From: Theionarchaea archaeon
GTDB lineage: Archaea; Methanobacteriota_B; Thermococci; Methanofastidiosales; SZ-28-30
Assembly (NCBI GenBank): GCA_018992685.1
Contig: JACVGT010000011.1
Location: 128,001 to 192,000, forward strand
Reading direction: 5' to 3'
Length of the DNA stretch: 64,000 bases
Both the position numbers and the translations under genes were made by a program. Each line of letters opens with the position of its first letter. The first letter of the stretch is position 1. The notes under the pieces were generated by a model. That model had not been told where the DNA came from. It saw only the letters and a list, made by a program, of their open reading frames with translations, and ran no database searches. This document shows positions 37,516 to 47,323 of this stretch, one piece after another.

Positions 37516-39744
37516 CTACCTGAGGCCCTCAGCCAGGGCTTTCGCAGCTGCTCGAGTAGCATCACGATCTTTTCCTGCCACGATGAGCATGTCACAGGTT
37601 CCATACGGTGCCTTAATGTATTCCCATTCACCATCAGATAGTTCCCAGTCTACCCTAGAAATTCCTTCCGTGACGAGTTCTCTCACAATGATATTAGCTA
37701 CCGGTCCACCAATCAGGATCAAATTTTGCCCACACGAAGACTTCCATTGGCCAAAATCCAGTTCCGTGTCATATTGCACGAGTGTGGTTTCGTCCACGTT
37801 GGTGGGCCGTAACCGGGAATAGTCTACAGGGGCAACAAAGGCCGTCAAGTAAGAGATCCCATCCCCATCTTCGCAGTCAAAAGCCACATCAGTCACTTCG
37901 ATACTGAAGTACGATTTGTCCTCGAAGGATGGTCCGGAGATATCCCATGAATGGGTCCCCCGGGGGCACAGATTTTCGCACAACACAACGTTCAATTCAA
38001 CCATCAGCTGACCAGCAGCGTGCCACACTGCAGGATCTTCAATATCATATGTGTTGATGCACTCCACGTGCGACCCATCCGTGGCTTTGCAGTCATTTGT
38101 GATACTGCCATCCCTGTCTAGATCATCACCTTCGAGAAGAATCCCGTTCCAGTAACCAGCTTCGTATCCAATGTGTCCGTCGTTGCTGTCCAGAAGCCCA
38201 TTGCCTCCTGTGTCATCTGGAGCTACGGAGGTATCGGGTGGCCACAATCCAGTGCCTGGAGGTTGGTGAAGAAGTACTCCATCTTCTCTGTCATCCCATC
38301 CTGTCTGGTACACATCCAAGACCAACCTGTAATCATGAGGATCAGAAGTCCAGGGCGAGGCACACGATCGACCATACCAGAATTTCTTGTTCTCCAGCCA
38401 ATACACGTTGGCTCTAACAGCCAAAGTACCACCTTTACCAATGACGATCTGAACGCCATCAATGACAATGTCGGCCGCACTGAACAAGAGGTGTCCTTGC
38501 CCCTGGTCATCAGCATAGTAAAACCATGTGTAATCCGCCCATGCGCCCTCTTCAATGCGATGGATGATTGCTTTATCATAATCAGGAGAGCCATCGCTAT
38601 CGTAATCATAGCTGGCGAGAGCAGTCAGTTCTCTTGGATCTAGCCTCCTGTTTCTATTCAGATCATTGCAGCACGGGTATGCGGTGAAAGGGAACTCCTC
38701 TTCATAAACCCCAGAGGAGAATCCAGTCAGAGGATCCAGCGTCATCCAGAAATCTTCCAGAACCTCTCCGAAAACGGAAGCCTCAAAATAGGCTTTGTTA
38801 TTGTCAATATCTACATCTAGAAGTTCAATAGAGTAATCAGAGACGTCATAGAGATCTCCTTTTTTCAGCAGTACCTCTTCAAAGTGGGGAGTACCTGTTA
38901 TTACGTATGGCATACCGTGGAGATATCCAACATCCCCTGTTGTGAAGTTGATGTCAAGTACAGGGCCTGCGTCGATTACGGTATACACCTCTCCAAAGAG
39001 CGTAAAGCAAGGTAGGTGTTCATGTATGACCATCCAGGGTTCGGGGACAAAGAGAAGAGTGTAAGGATCGAAATCCACGGCAAAGGGAAAGCCTGGAGAC
39101 TCCCCTTTCGGCAGGTCCATCAAAACTGAGGGGGGGACAAAGATGTTATCTGCTCTGTACGTAATCCCGGGAATCAAGCTCCGCTCAGAAGGTTCCTGGT
39201 CCCGGATGTCTTTCTCCCACCCGTACAAACACGCCCTGCAGTCAGAAGATGCACTCGAACGTTCCACATTGAATTGAAGCTGGAATTCTTCGTGTGTCTC
39301 CCACGGTTGAAATGTGCTGTCTCCGTTCCCCCAGAAGGCATGGTTATCATCATCAAAGTACCACAGCCCTCTCAGTGAATACGTGAGAGGAGGGGTAGTA
39401 TTGTCCCACTCCGCATATGAAGCGCTGTCCGGCACATCAACTGTGGGGAGTCCTCCTTTTTCCCCACCGAGGAGACGAATATCATCATGAGAGGCTGAAT
39501 AGGCTCCTATTATGATGAGATCATCAGATTCGGTGAAGGTCATTGTACCAATTGCAGCCGCCAGCACGGTCGCTGATATGACATCCATGGCGGCAGCGTC
39601 CTTACCCACCACCAGAGTAACTGCAGTGGTGCCTGTTTCCTCATCGACAAAGAACTCGGCAGGAATTTCTAGGGAATTCGCACTTGAAAGCAGAAAGCTC
39701 ATCAGAACCATACCACCTGCGAGGACCCCATGTAGTTTATTCAT
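37516..39744 (-). CDS. S-layer protein (Methanococcales/Thermococcales-type N/C domains)
   Basis: VVGKDAAAMDVISA N-terminal motif; NLILIGGPVAN...VAGKDRDAT C-terminal motif; acidic, with DxDxDG motifs. Confidence 0.88.
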   Translation of the reverse strand: MNKLHGVLAGGMVLMSFLLSSANSLEIPAEFFVDEETGTTAVTLVVGKDAAAMDVISATVLAAAIGTMTFTESDDLIIIGAYSASHDDIRLLGGEKGGLPTVDVPDSASYAEWDNTTPPLTYSLRGLWYFDDDNHAFWGNGDSTFQPWETHEEFQLQFNVERSSASSDCRACLYGWEKDIRDQEPSERSLIPGITYRADNIFVPPSVLMDLPKGESPGFPFAVDFDPYTLLFVPEPWMVIHEHLPCFTLFGEVYTVIDAGPVLDINFTTGDVGYLHGMPYVITGTPHFEEVLLKKGDLYDVSDYSIELLDVDIDNNKAYFEASVFGEVLEDFWMTLDPLTGFSSGVYEEEFPFTAYPCCNDLNRNRRLDPRELTALASYDYDSDGSPDYDKAIIHRIEEGAWADYTWFYYADDQGQGHLLFSAADIVIDGVQIVIGKGGTLAVRANVYWLENKKFWYGRSCASPWTSDPHDYRLVLDVYQTGWDDREDGVLLHQPPGTGLWPPDTSVAPDDTGGNGLLDSNDGHIGYEAGYWNGILLEGDDLDRDGSITNDCKATDGSHVECINTYDIEDPAVWHAAGQLMVELNVVLCENLCPRGTHSWDISGPSFEDKSYFSIEVTDVAFDCEDGDGISYLTAFVAPVDYSRLRPTNVDETTLVQYDTELDFGQWKSSCGQNLILIGGPVANIIVRELVTEGISRVDWELSDGEWEYIKAPYGTCDMLIVAGKDRDATRAAAKALAEGLR

Positions 39745-39893
39745 AGTTTTCCTCCTTTCCTACTGCACTACTGAACAACAAGCACACTGTATGTCAGGAA
39801 TCATATAACTCTTTGCCTGAAGCCCGATGAACGACTCTTCCCACCTGCAGCCATGATTTCATCCATTACGGTTCTTCCTGACATGACACTGTG

Positions 39894-40736
39894 TCATCCT
39901 TTCTCCTCACTGAGGACGATCTCCGCCTTCTTCACTAGAGAACTCAGTTTCTTCTTTGAGATGCCAGTTTTCCTCTTCAATTCATCGAAATCCATATCTA
40001 CTACTTGCTTTAGCAGTACTATGCCAGCAGAAGACAGGGCTTTGAGAGTAAGGCTATCCAACCCTTTCAGGTATGTTGCAGGATACACCTGAGTCTCTCC
40101 AATGGATGCGGCCAGATCGAGCTCAGGGGGAGCGTTCCATCCTAAATAGTCAATTCCTCTGCAATCTGCGTATCTCCTGGCGTAATCTGAAAATTTGGTG
40201 TTACACACCAGGAGTATTCCATTGATTTTGAGGTCATTGTGCCCAGATTCAGACCCATCTGCAACATCTTCAAGAACGGCTCTGGCGATTCGAGCTTCAT
40301 CCAGTCCGGTGACAGTGCGGTAGTTGCGGTGGTGTTTTACTTCCAGAAGGAAGGTCTTCCCATCTTTCTCAATGATGCCATCAACCTCATGTTCCACGCA
40401 TTTTCCTGCAAGTATTTGATTGGGAGACACAGTGTACCCTTTTCTGTTCAGGAGAGTTCTGACAAAGTGTTCGAAATCTGGTTTCGAATTCATGAGAGCC
40501 AGGGCTTTTCTGAGACTTATCACATGCTTTGTGGCAGGCTTATACTCTGCCATGAGTGCAAAAATCATTTCCATGATTCTTCGAGTTCGGACTCCATCGT
40601 TCGTTCTGCTTTCTACTTCACTTGCCACAGTCTCTGCCAGCGTCTGAGAAGCGCCCATTCGTAGGCAGGTTTTCACAATCTTCCCCCTGTCAAAAGGTAC
40701 TCTTGTTCCATCTGCTTTCGTAACATACGTGGTCAT
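39894..40736 (-). CDS. ATP-cone plus Mrr-like restriction-endonuclease-fold protein
   Basis: VTKADGTRVPFDRGKI (ATP cone), HEVDG...LLEVKHH (PD-(D/E)xK), C-terminal HhH-like segment. Confidence 0.85.
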   Translation of the reverse strand: MTTYVTKADGTRVPFDRGKIVKTCLRMGASQTLAETVASEVESRTNDGVRTRRIMEMIFALMAEYKPATKHVISLRKALALMNSKPDFEHFVRTLLNRKGYTVSPNQILAGKCVEHEVDGIIEKDGKTFLLEVKHHRNYRTVTGLDEARIARAVLEDVADGSESGHNDLKINGILLVCNTKFSDYARRYADCRGIDYLGWNAPPELDLAASIGETQVYPATYLKGLDSLTLKALSSAGIVLLKQVVDMDFDELKRKTGISKKKLSSLVKKAEIVLSEEKG

Positions 40737-40871
40737 CAGTCTACTTGTGTTGTCGAGTTATTTAAGGTCTACCACTGTTCTGTTGGGCACAAAAGAGAAG
40801 AGATGCACACGCTTACTGGCGTGAAAAGAGAGTCCTCCAGATCAAAAAGAAAAAGAAAAAGGAAAATAGTT

Positions 40872-41660
40872 CTAGGGACGCAGTGTCCCTGCAAATACCT
40901 GCCATGCCAGCAGTGATTTGGCAACGAGACTCAGCACCACGTACATTTTTTCCCCGTAGAGGTAGTCCTTCCATCTGCCCACGTTCTTGTACTGGAGGAT
41001 CATGTTCACGGCAAAGAGGTTGAAGAACACAGCAATCGAGATGAATATTGCTATGACAAAGGTGGGAACTGACGTCCCCTCTGTGGATGAAGCGCCCAGC
41101 AGTGATATGAATATCACGATCCAGGGCACAACTCCTGCAATGCATCCGATGATGTAGGACGTCCAGCTTGTCTTTTCAGTGGTCTGGTTATGGAGCTCCA
41201 TCATGTATCCCATGAGATTCATGACCCCCGTGAGGGTGAACAGAGCCAGAAGTGTTCCGATATCATAGATTCCTACAAGCATGGCGATTAGTACAATCAT
41301 CAGTGAGGCACTGAAGGTGTATTCTATCCAGCGGAAGCTATTCATGTGCGACTTCAGATTTCTGACATAGACGGCGAATCCTGGGGGAGAAGCCACAACA
41401 AAATGAGCGATGGCTGACATAAACAGGAAGAGGGCAACTGCAGGACCCAGTGGCAGGTGATACAGTGTTTCTGTGGCTGGAACGAGACTGGCGGTTTCTG
41501 GGTTGAACTGGAGGTAGGTTGTAGTGACGGGCAAGGAGAAATCAGTGCTGATGAGCACCATGAGAATACCCTGAACCAGATGGAGAACACCCATGAAGGC
41601 ATTGAATTTCCGGAGGTTCTGAAATTGTCTCTCTGAACTAGCCCTTGAATTCTCTTTCAT
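40872..41660 (-). CDS. heR: Heliorhodopsin
   Basis: LHLVQG, AIAH, RWIEY, GEKMYVVLSLVAKSLLAW (retinal-binding Lys); 7 TM. Confidence 0.95.
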   Translation of the reverse strand: MKENSRASSERQFQNLRKFNAFMGVLHLVQGILMVLISTDFSLPVTTTYLQFNPETASLVPATETLYHLPLGPAVALFLFMSAIAHFVVASPPGFAVYVRNLKSHMNSFRWIEYTFSASLMIVLIAMLVGIYDIGTLLALFTLTGVMNLMGYMMELHNQTTEKTSWTSYIIGCIAGVVPWIVIFISLLGASSTEGTSVPTFVIAIFISIAVFFNLFAVNMILQYKNVGRWKDYLYGEKMYVVLSLVAKSLLAWQVFAGTLRP

Positions 41661-41726
41661 TATGTAATATGGGAGGCAATCTTTATAATCTTTTCAGTGC
41701 AGGGTGTGAGACAGGTTTTGGACCAC

Positions 41727-42653
41727 TCAGGGGGAGCTCGGGCACGTTGAATCTGGTTCAGAGTCGCTGAGGTGGGGAACTGCTACGACTGTCAGATGTT
41801 CTAGGTCAGAATAACGGTTATTGACCAGATTCTGGATCTTGGTACTGATTTCATGTATTTGCTTTACTGTCATGACCTCTGGAACTTCAATTTCGATTTC
41901 TCCCTGAATTACGGGTCCTGTCCTCCTCAGCCGGGCGACACGTGCTTTTTCCACACCTGCAACCTGTTCAGCTATGGCCTGGATTTCCTGCCTTTTTACG
42001 AAACAATCAGCGTCACAGGCATCTACTAGGACAAAGCTTGCTTCCTTTACTGTGGCAAATCCAATGCTCACAATAATGGCCGCTATGATGAATCCCGCCA
42101 CCGCATCTGCCACCGGATATCCTCTCGCAGACAATATTAAGGCTATCACAGCCAGAAATGAGGCGGTGCCGTCCTTCACAGTATTGATTGCATCGAGTTT
42201 AAGGGAACTCAGCCCCATTTTTCTTCCACGTATGAATTTTTCTATACCCATGCCCCAAGCCACCAGAGCTGCCAGGAGGGCGACCACAGCTCCCACCAAT
42301 GGAATACTCACAGGGTGAGGATCTACCAGCTGCATATACGCCCGGTATACAATGTAGGACGCCAATCCCATCATGACCATTGCTGCACCAATTGAGGCAA
42401 GGTTTTCAATCTTGTAGTATCCGTAATGAAACCTGCTGTCTGGTGATCTCTTGAAGAACCTGAGACCCACCCACACGATTAGGGAGACAAACCCATCTCC
42501 AATGCAATCAATCCCATTGGCAGTGAGGGCAACACTTCTAGCGACTGTCTCGCCCATGACAACTTGAACAACTCCAAATCCCATCAGAATTAGAATAGTA
42601 AGTCCTGCAGCTCTCTGAGCATAATATAGCGGTTTTTCGTTCATGGACATCAA
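41727..42653 (-). CDS. Cation diffusion facilitator (CDF) transporter
   Basis: DCIGD, PDSRFHYGYYKIE, C-terminal dimerisation domain. Confidence 0.92.
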   Translation of the reverse strand: MMSMNEKPLYYAQRAAGLTILILMGFGVVQVVMGETVARSVALTANGIDCIGDGFVSLIVWVGLRFFKRSPDSRFHYGYYKIENLASIGAAMVMMGLASYIVYRAYMQLVDPHPVSIPLVGAVVALLAALVAWGMGIEKFIRGRKMGLSSLKLDAINTVKDGTASFLAVIALILSARGYPVADAVAGFIIAAIIVSIGFATVKEASFVLVDACDADCFVKRQEIQAIAEQVAGVEKARVARLRRTGPVIQGEIEIEVPEVMTVKQIHEISTKIQNLVNNRYSDLEHLTVVAVPHLSDSEPDSTCPSSP

Positions 42654-42670
42654 TAGTCACTTGATGGAGC

Positions 42671-42862
42671 CTAGCCAGGAATGGGGCCTGCACCACCCCC
42701 CGGACCACCAAGGGTGGCGCAGGGGCCTGCAGATGGAGGAAGGAATCCCAGAAGACGCAGAAATTCAGGAATTAGTGGCTCTTCGTCTGATTCTTGGATA
42801 GCACAGAAGGAACCCACCATAAGACAACCGACGATCAGGAAGAGGATTAACACCTTTTTCAT
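42671..42862 (-). CDS. Small secreted peptide with Gly/Pro-rich C-terminus
   Basis: RBS aggtga, upstream TATA-like aaaacatttttat, signal-peptide-like N-terminus. Confidence 0.65.
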   Translation of the reverse strand: MKKVLILFLIVGCLMVGSFCAIQESDEEPLIPEFLRLLGFLPPSAGPCATLGGPGGGAGPIPG

Positions 42863-43316
42863 GTTCTCACCTTATAGTATCAGTATCAACCACCATAAAA
42901 ATGTTTTGGTGCAGGCTACACAAAGATCTGGATATTTTTCCTGCTTTTTTCCTCAGTTCAAATCAGACTCTCTTTTGATCACTCCGCCACCGATTTTCAG
43001 AACAACCTGCAGAGAATCAATAGTCTGGTCGTTGGACAGGAACTCGTTCTGGCATCTCTCTGCAATCCGGTGCTGCTTCAGGAATTCTCCTCCTGCACTA
43101 TACCACAGCTCTGCTGCTGTTTCACATCTCTTTTATTCCGAGGTTCTTGAGCTACTGTTCCCAGTCTCCTTGATTGTGAGTTCACAAAGTGGGTTAGTAC
43201 CGTCTTGTGCCACCTATCAATCCGGGGGAAAGCACTCTGATGCTCATGACAGGTCGAATCCAAAATTCCCGCCATGTATTTAAGGGTAGACATGACAGAA
43301 CACATGAGGTCAACCC

Positions 43317-44276
43317 ATGTCCCCAGGTACTTCCTTGAATCTTTTTGAAGAAGAGCTGTACGATGTGGTAATCGTTGGTGGCGGTCCTGCAGGGCTCAGC
43401 GCTGCTCTCTATGCAGCCCGGTTCAACTTGAAAACCATTGTACTGGACAAAAACCCTGCTTCAGGAGCTCTCGGGCATGCAGAGAAGATTGAGAACTACC
43501 CTGGGATTCCCCAGGAGATATCAGGTCAAGCTCTCCTATCCACGTTCAGGGAACAGGCAGAACATTTCGGAGCTTCTGTCGTGCAGACGACAGCCGTAGG
43601 AGTGAATTTTGATGGAGACATCAAAGAGGTGATGACAGCTGAAGGTTCATACAGGGGAAAGACTGTCATCATTGCGACAGGGGCTATGGGGAGGAAATCC
43701 ACCCTAAAAGGAGAGGCTGGCTTTACCGGGAGAGGAGTGAGCTACTGTGCAGCATGCGACGCTCCCTTCTTCAAGGGAAAGACGGTGGCTGTCGTGGGTG
43801 AACTCGAAGAGATCCTGGAGGAAATAGATCCTGTCACTGCGTTTGCTGATATCGTCTATATCATTCTGCGGAAAGAAGCCTCATCAGAACTTCTGGAAGC
43901 CATGGAAAATGTCCGCATTCTCCGTGAGACTTCCGTTACTGAGATTCTGGGAGATACAACGGTGACTCATCTTGCAATCACTGATAAGAGAGGTGAAAAG
44001 AAGATGCTGCCCGTTTCCGGCGTGTTCATATTCCTGCACGGGAGCAGCCCCATTGTGGATTTCCTGTACAACACAGTAGAGGTAACCCCTGAGGGATGTG
44101 TACAGGTCAACCGAGAGGACATGTCCACCTCAGTACGCGGTGTGTTTGCAGCTGGCGATGTTACCTGCAAGAGGTTCCGGCAGGTAGTCCTATCTGCTTC
44201 TGAGGGATGTGTAGCTGCCCTTTCTGCAGAAAAATACCTCAACCAGCGAAAAAGAGCGAGATCACAGTGGGGATGA
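43317..44276 (+). CDS. trxB: Thioredoxin reductase-family flavoprotein with atypical NADPH site
   Basis: GGGPAG, ATGA, GRGVSYCAACD, GVFAAGD. Confidence 0.88.
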   Translation: MSPGTSLNLFEEELYDVVIVGGGPAGLSAALYAARFNLKTIVLDKNPASGALGHAEKIENYPGIPQEISGQALLSTFREQAEHFGASVVQTTAVGVNFDGDIKEVMTAEGSYRGKTVIIATGAMGRKSTLKGEAGFTGRGVSYCAACDAPFFKGKTVAVVGELEEILEEIDPVTAFADIVYIILRKEASSELLEAMENVRILRETSVTEILGDTTVTHLAITDKRGEKKMLPVSGVFIFLHGSSPIVDFLYNTVEVTPEGCVQVNREDMSTSVRGVFAAGDVTCKRFRQVVLSASEGCVAALSAEKYLNQRKRARSQWG

Positions 44277-44470
44277 TCCAGTGATTTTCGGATTCTTTCC
44301 TGAGGTAGATTTGTTCATCAGAAAATGGTATGATATTCATTTTTTCTGGAAATAAAGAATGGAGACGTGTCTGTCCAGTCTGAAGTCAGAAATTCCTTCC
44401 ATAATCTTTCCTTTTAATGTGAAGCGTAACCTTTTTATGGTGAAAATGCACTACTACATGGGGAAACCAT

Positions 44471-46639
44471 ATGAGGGAGTTTAAGTCGTTGAAGCCGGAA
44501 GGTCTCCCTTTTGAATATGATGCAGGTCTTCATGGGGAGGAGCCTCTGGTTACCGTGGAAGAACGAGAACGGAAAATCGTACTTTCGTATATATTTCCAG
44601 GGTTCTATCTTTCAGACGACTCTCGCACCGTGGAGGGAGTCGTGATTCCTTTCAAGCAGGTGACCATACCCCACACTCAGTTCCTGGCAGAGAGTGGTAA
44701 ACCCTTGCTACCGTCATTCGGACGGTACGTGCAGATTCCTGATGACTGTCGCTATAGTGTCACGGTAGAACCAGGAAACCCAGTCTATTTTGAACCTGTT
44801 CTGATTCTGCCTGCTCAGGAGCTGCTGGTAGATGGCAAGAAGATAAATCGATTCGAGTATGACAAAGACTTCTACAGAACTGACAGGCTGTATCCTGAGG
44901 ACATTGTGGAGGTGACGGGTCCCCTCACTATTGATGAGTATCGTGCTCTGCTCATTCATGTGAGACCTCTCCAGTACAACCCCGCACGGAAAAGGCTCGT
45001 AGGGTTCAGTTCTGTTACGGTTACCATCCATCTCAGCCCGTCTCCAGGCGAAGGAGAACCCACAGATACTGCAATAGACAGGAAAGCCTACGGAAACTTC
45101 TTTTTGAACCCAGTACGCGGAATTGGGACCAGAGTTGAGATACCTCCTGCTCGGGCAGGAGCCCCCTTGCCAGGCGGAGGTCCAGAATTCCTCATTATCT
45201 ACCATGATCGATTCAAGGAACCCGCAGGAAAGCTGGCCTACTGGAAAACTATGCGGGGGCTTTCTACAGAGGTGGTCCCCCTTGATCAGGTTGGAACCAC
45301 GGTGAAGGCGATAAAAGAATATATTCGAAAGAGAAGACGAGCCGCAGGAAGTCGTCTTCAGTATGTTTTATTGTTCGGGGACGTTGAAGTCATCCCCTCA
45401 GAGAAGATTACAGGGAGCCCTTCAGGTCACAATATCACTGATTACTACTATTCTACAAAAGAGGATCCCACTCGCAACGACCAGTATGTGCTACCATGGC
45501 TTTCAGTGGGGCGGATTCCTCTCCAGACTGAAGAACAAGGATTGGGTGTGGTTGACAGGATCATATCATATGAGAGAGATCCACCCAAGAACCTTCACTA
45601 CTACAGGAAGATGGTATTTGCGGCCTACTTCCAGGACAAGGGTAGACGGGATGGCAGAGAAGACAGAGCCTACGTGAGAACCATGGAGACCATAGCTGCC
45701 CACATGACAGGGTTGGGATTTGAGGTGGAACGGGTGTATGTCACCAGCAACCCTGACGTGCGAGAATATGTGGACGGCAGTCTGGTACCTGAGACGGTGA
45801 GAACGCACCTTTTCAGTGAGGAAGAAGCCACTCAAAAGCTCATAGAAGCCGTCTCTGAAGGATGTTTGCTGGTCGGGCACAGAGACCACGGATCCTCCAC
45901 AGGATGGGTTCACCCCGCGTTCAAGACGCCCCACCTCGAATCCATCATCAGTGACACGCCGTCTGTCTTTTACAGCATCAACTGTTTGACAGGACGGTTT
46001 GATCTCCGGAGACCAAGGGAGTGTTTTGCTGAAAAGCTGCTTTCCATGGAAGGAGGTGCCCCTTCCCTTATTGCAGCCACAAGACCTTCCCACACCTGGC
46101 TGAATGACGATTTGATGAAAGCACTTTTTGATGCCATCTGGTCCGGGATTATCCCCACATTTCCAGGGTTTACAGCAAGTTATACCGTGAGGAACAACAG
46201 AATAGGAGATATCCTCAACTACGCCAGGACCTATCTGCCCCTGACATTGAGCGGAGGCCTGCGCCACGTCAAGGATCACCTGGAAATCTACCACGTCATT
46301 GGAGACCCTTCTCTTGAGATCTGGAAAGAGTGTCCCAGGGCCAATGCCATTGAGACTGAGTACCGACAGGGATACCTGAGAATTACCATGGATTGCTGTC
46401 CGGTGGGCACCGTCCTCACCCTCTGGTGTGGCAGTGATCTCGTTAAGAGATTGACACCCACTTCTACCTACGTAACCATATCTTTGAGAAATACAGCAGT
46501 CTACTCCCGTGCCAGAGAACCCATTGTCGTCTGTTTCTGGGCACCAGGGTATCGATTCCAGAGGATACAGGTTTCCACCCAGAACTCTGGCGCATCATCT
46601 CCATCGAGAGAAAAACGCCTATCTAATGACGGTTCCTGA
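44471..46639 (+). CDS. Gingipain-like C25 cysteine peptidase with propeptide
   Basis: YVLLFGD, TDYYY, VGRIP, catalytic RDHG and SINCLTG, IGDPSL. Confidence 0.88.
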   Translation: MREFKSLKPEGLPFEYDAGLHGEEPLVTVEERERKIVLSYIFPGFYLSDDSRTVEGVVIPFKQVTIPHTQFLAESGKPLLPSFGRYVQIPDDCRYSVTVEPGNPVYFEPVLILPAQELLVDGKKINRFEYDKDFYRTDRLYPEDIVEVTGPLTIDEYRALLIHVRPLQYNPARKRLVGFSSVTVTIHLSPSPGEGEPTDTAIDRKAYGNFFLNPVRGIGTRVEIPPARAGAPLPGGGPEFLIIYHDRFKEPAGKLAYWKTMRGLSTEVVPLDQVGTTVKAIKEYIRKRRRAAGSRLQYVLLFGDVEVIPSEKITGSPSGHNITDYYYSTKEDPTRNDQYVLPWLSVGRIPLQTEEQGLGVVDRIISYERDPPKNLHYYRKMVFAAYFQDKGRRDGREDRAYVRTMETIAAHMTGLGFEVERVYVTSNPDVREYVDGSLVPETVRTHLFSEEEATQKLIEAVSEGCLLVGHRDHGSSTGWVHPAFKTPHLESIISDTPSVFYSINCLTGRFDLRRPRECFAEKLLSMEGGAPSLIAATRPSHTWLNDDLMKALFDAIWSGIIPTFPGFTASYTVRNNRIGDILNYARTYLPLTLSGGLRHVKDHLEIYHVIGDPSLEIWKECPRANAIETEYRQGYLRITMDCCPVGTVLTLWCGSDLVKRLTPTSTYVTISLRNTAVYSRAREPIVVCFWAPGYRFQRIQVSTQNSGASSPSREKRLSNDGS

Positions 46640-47272
46640 ATGATTTCCCGCAAGAACCTTTTCCAAATCTTTCATGTCTTCTACGCCGATTACTACAGTC
46701 TGAAGGCCATTATGGGAGATGACAGTTGCAGCTACAGGATCAATGACAGAAGAAATTCCCGCTTCAAACTCCTTTTTGGAAAAGGATTTCAGCTGATTAA
46801 AGCTCATCTTTGAAATCTTTCTTGCAGCTGGGTCTCTTGCAGGATCAGCAGTAAAGATGCCCCCTACATTGGTCACCTTCACCAGGATATCTGCATTGAC
46901 AACTTCTGCCAGCAACGCTGCCACCGTATCAGTAGTCTGGCCAGGAGTAGTCCCACCCAAGATGGGCAACCCTCGTGCGTGGATGGCTTCATGGATGTCT
47001 CGTACCAGTTCCGCTCCTGCGATGCAGGTGACAAGCAGCAATGCATTCAGCTGTGAGGAGAGTATTCCCAGGGTATCAAGGGTTTCTTCTGTGGCATTGT
47101 GATCTCTGGCTGCGGAAATGTACCTCCGGGCAGTCCTGCCTCCACCTACTACCAGGAACAGGGCATGAGTTGCTCTGATTTTTTCAACCTGCGCTACCAA
47201 GGTTGCCAGGACTTCTTTGTCAATTTCTGAAGGTACCAGGACAGAGCCGCCAATACGGAGCACCACTTTCAT
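46619..47272 (-). CDS. pyrH: Uridylate kinase
   Basis: VLRIGGS, VVGGG..AR.YI, GGTTPGQTTD, DPARDP. Confidence 0.93.
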   Translation of the reverse strand: MKVVLRIGGSVLVPSEIDKEVLATLVAQVEKIRATHALFLVVGGGRTARRYISAARDHNATEETLDTLGILSSQLNALLLVTCIAGAELVRDIHEAIHARGLPILGGTTPGQTTDTVAALLAEVVNADILVKVTNVGGIFTADPARDPAARKISKMSFNQLKSFSKKEFEAGISSVIDPVAATVISHNGLQTVVIGVEDMKDLEKVLAGNHSGTVIR

Positions 47273-47323
47273 ACTCCTGTGTTTCCACAAAAACTATATA
47301 AACATAAGCCTTACCCTTAAATC

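Noticed and set aside
42681-43283. 200-aa plus-strand ORF
   Set aside because: Antisense to the small peptide gene, with atypical composition and no RBS.
45566-46294. 242-aa minus-strand ORF and similar long shadow ORFs
   Set aside because: Antisense to well-supported genes.
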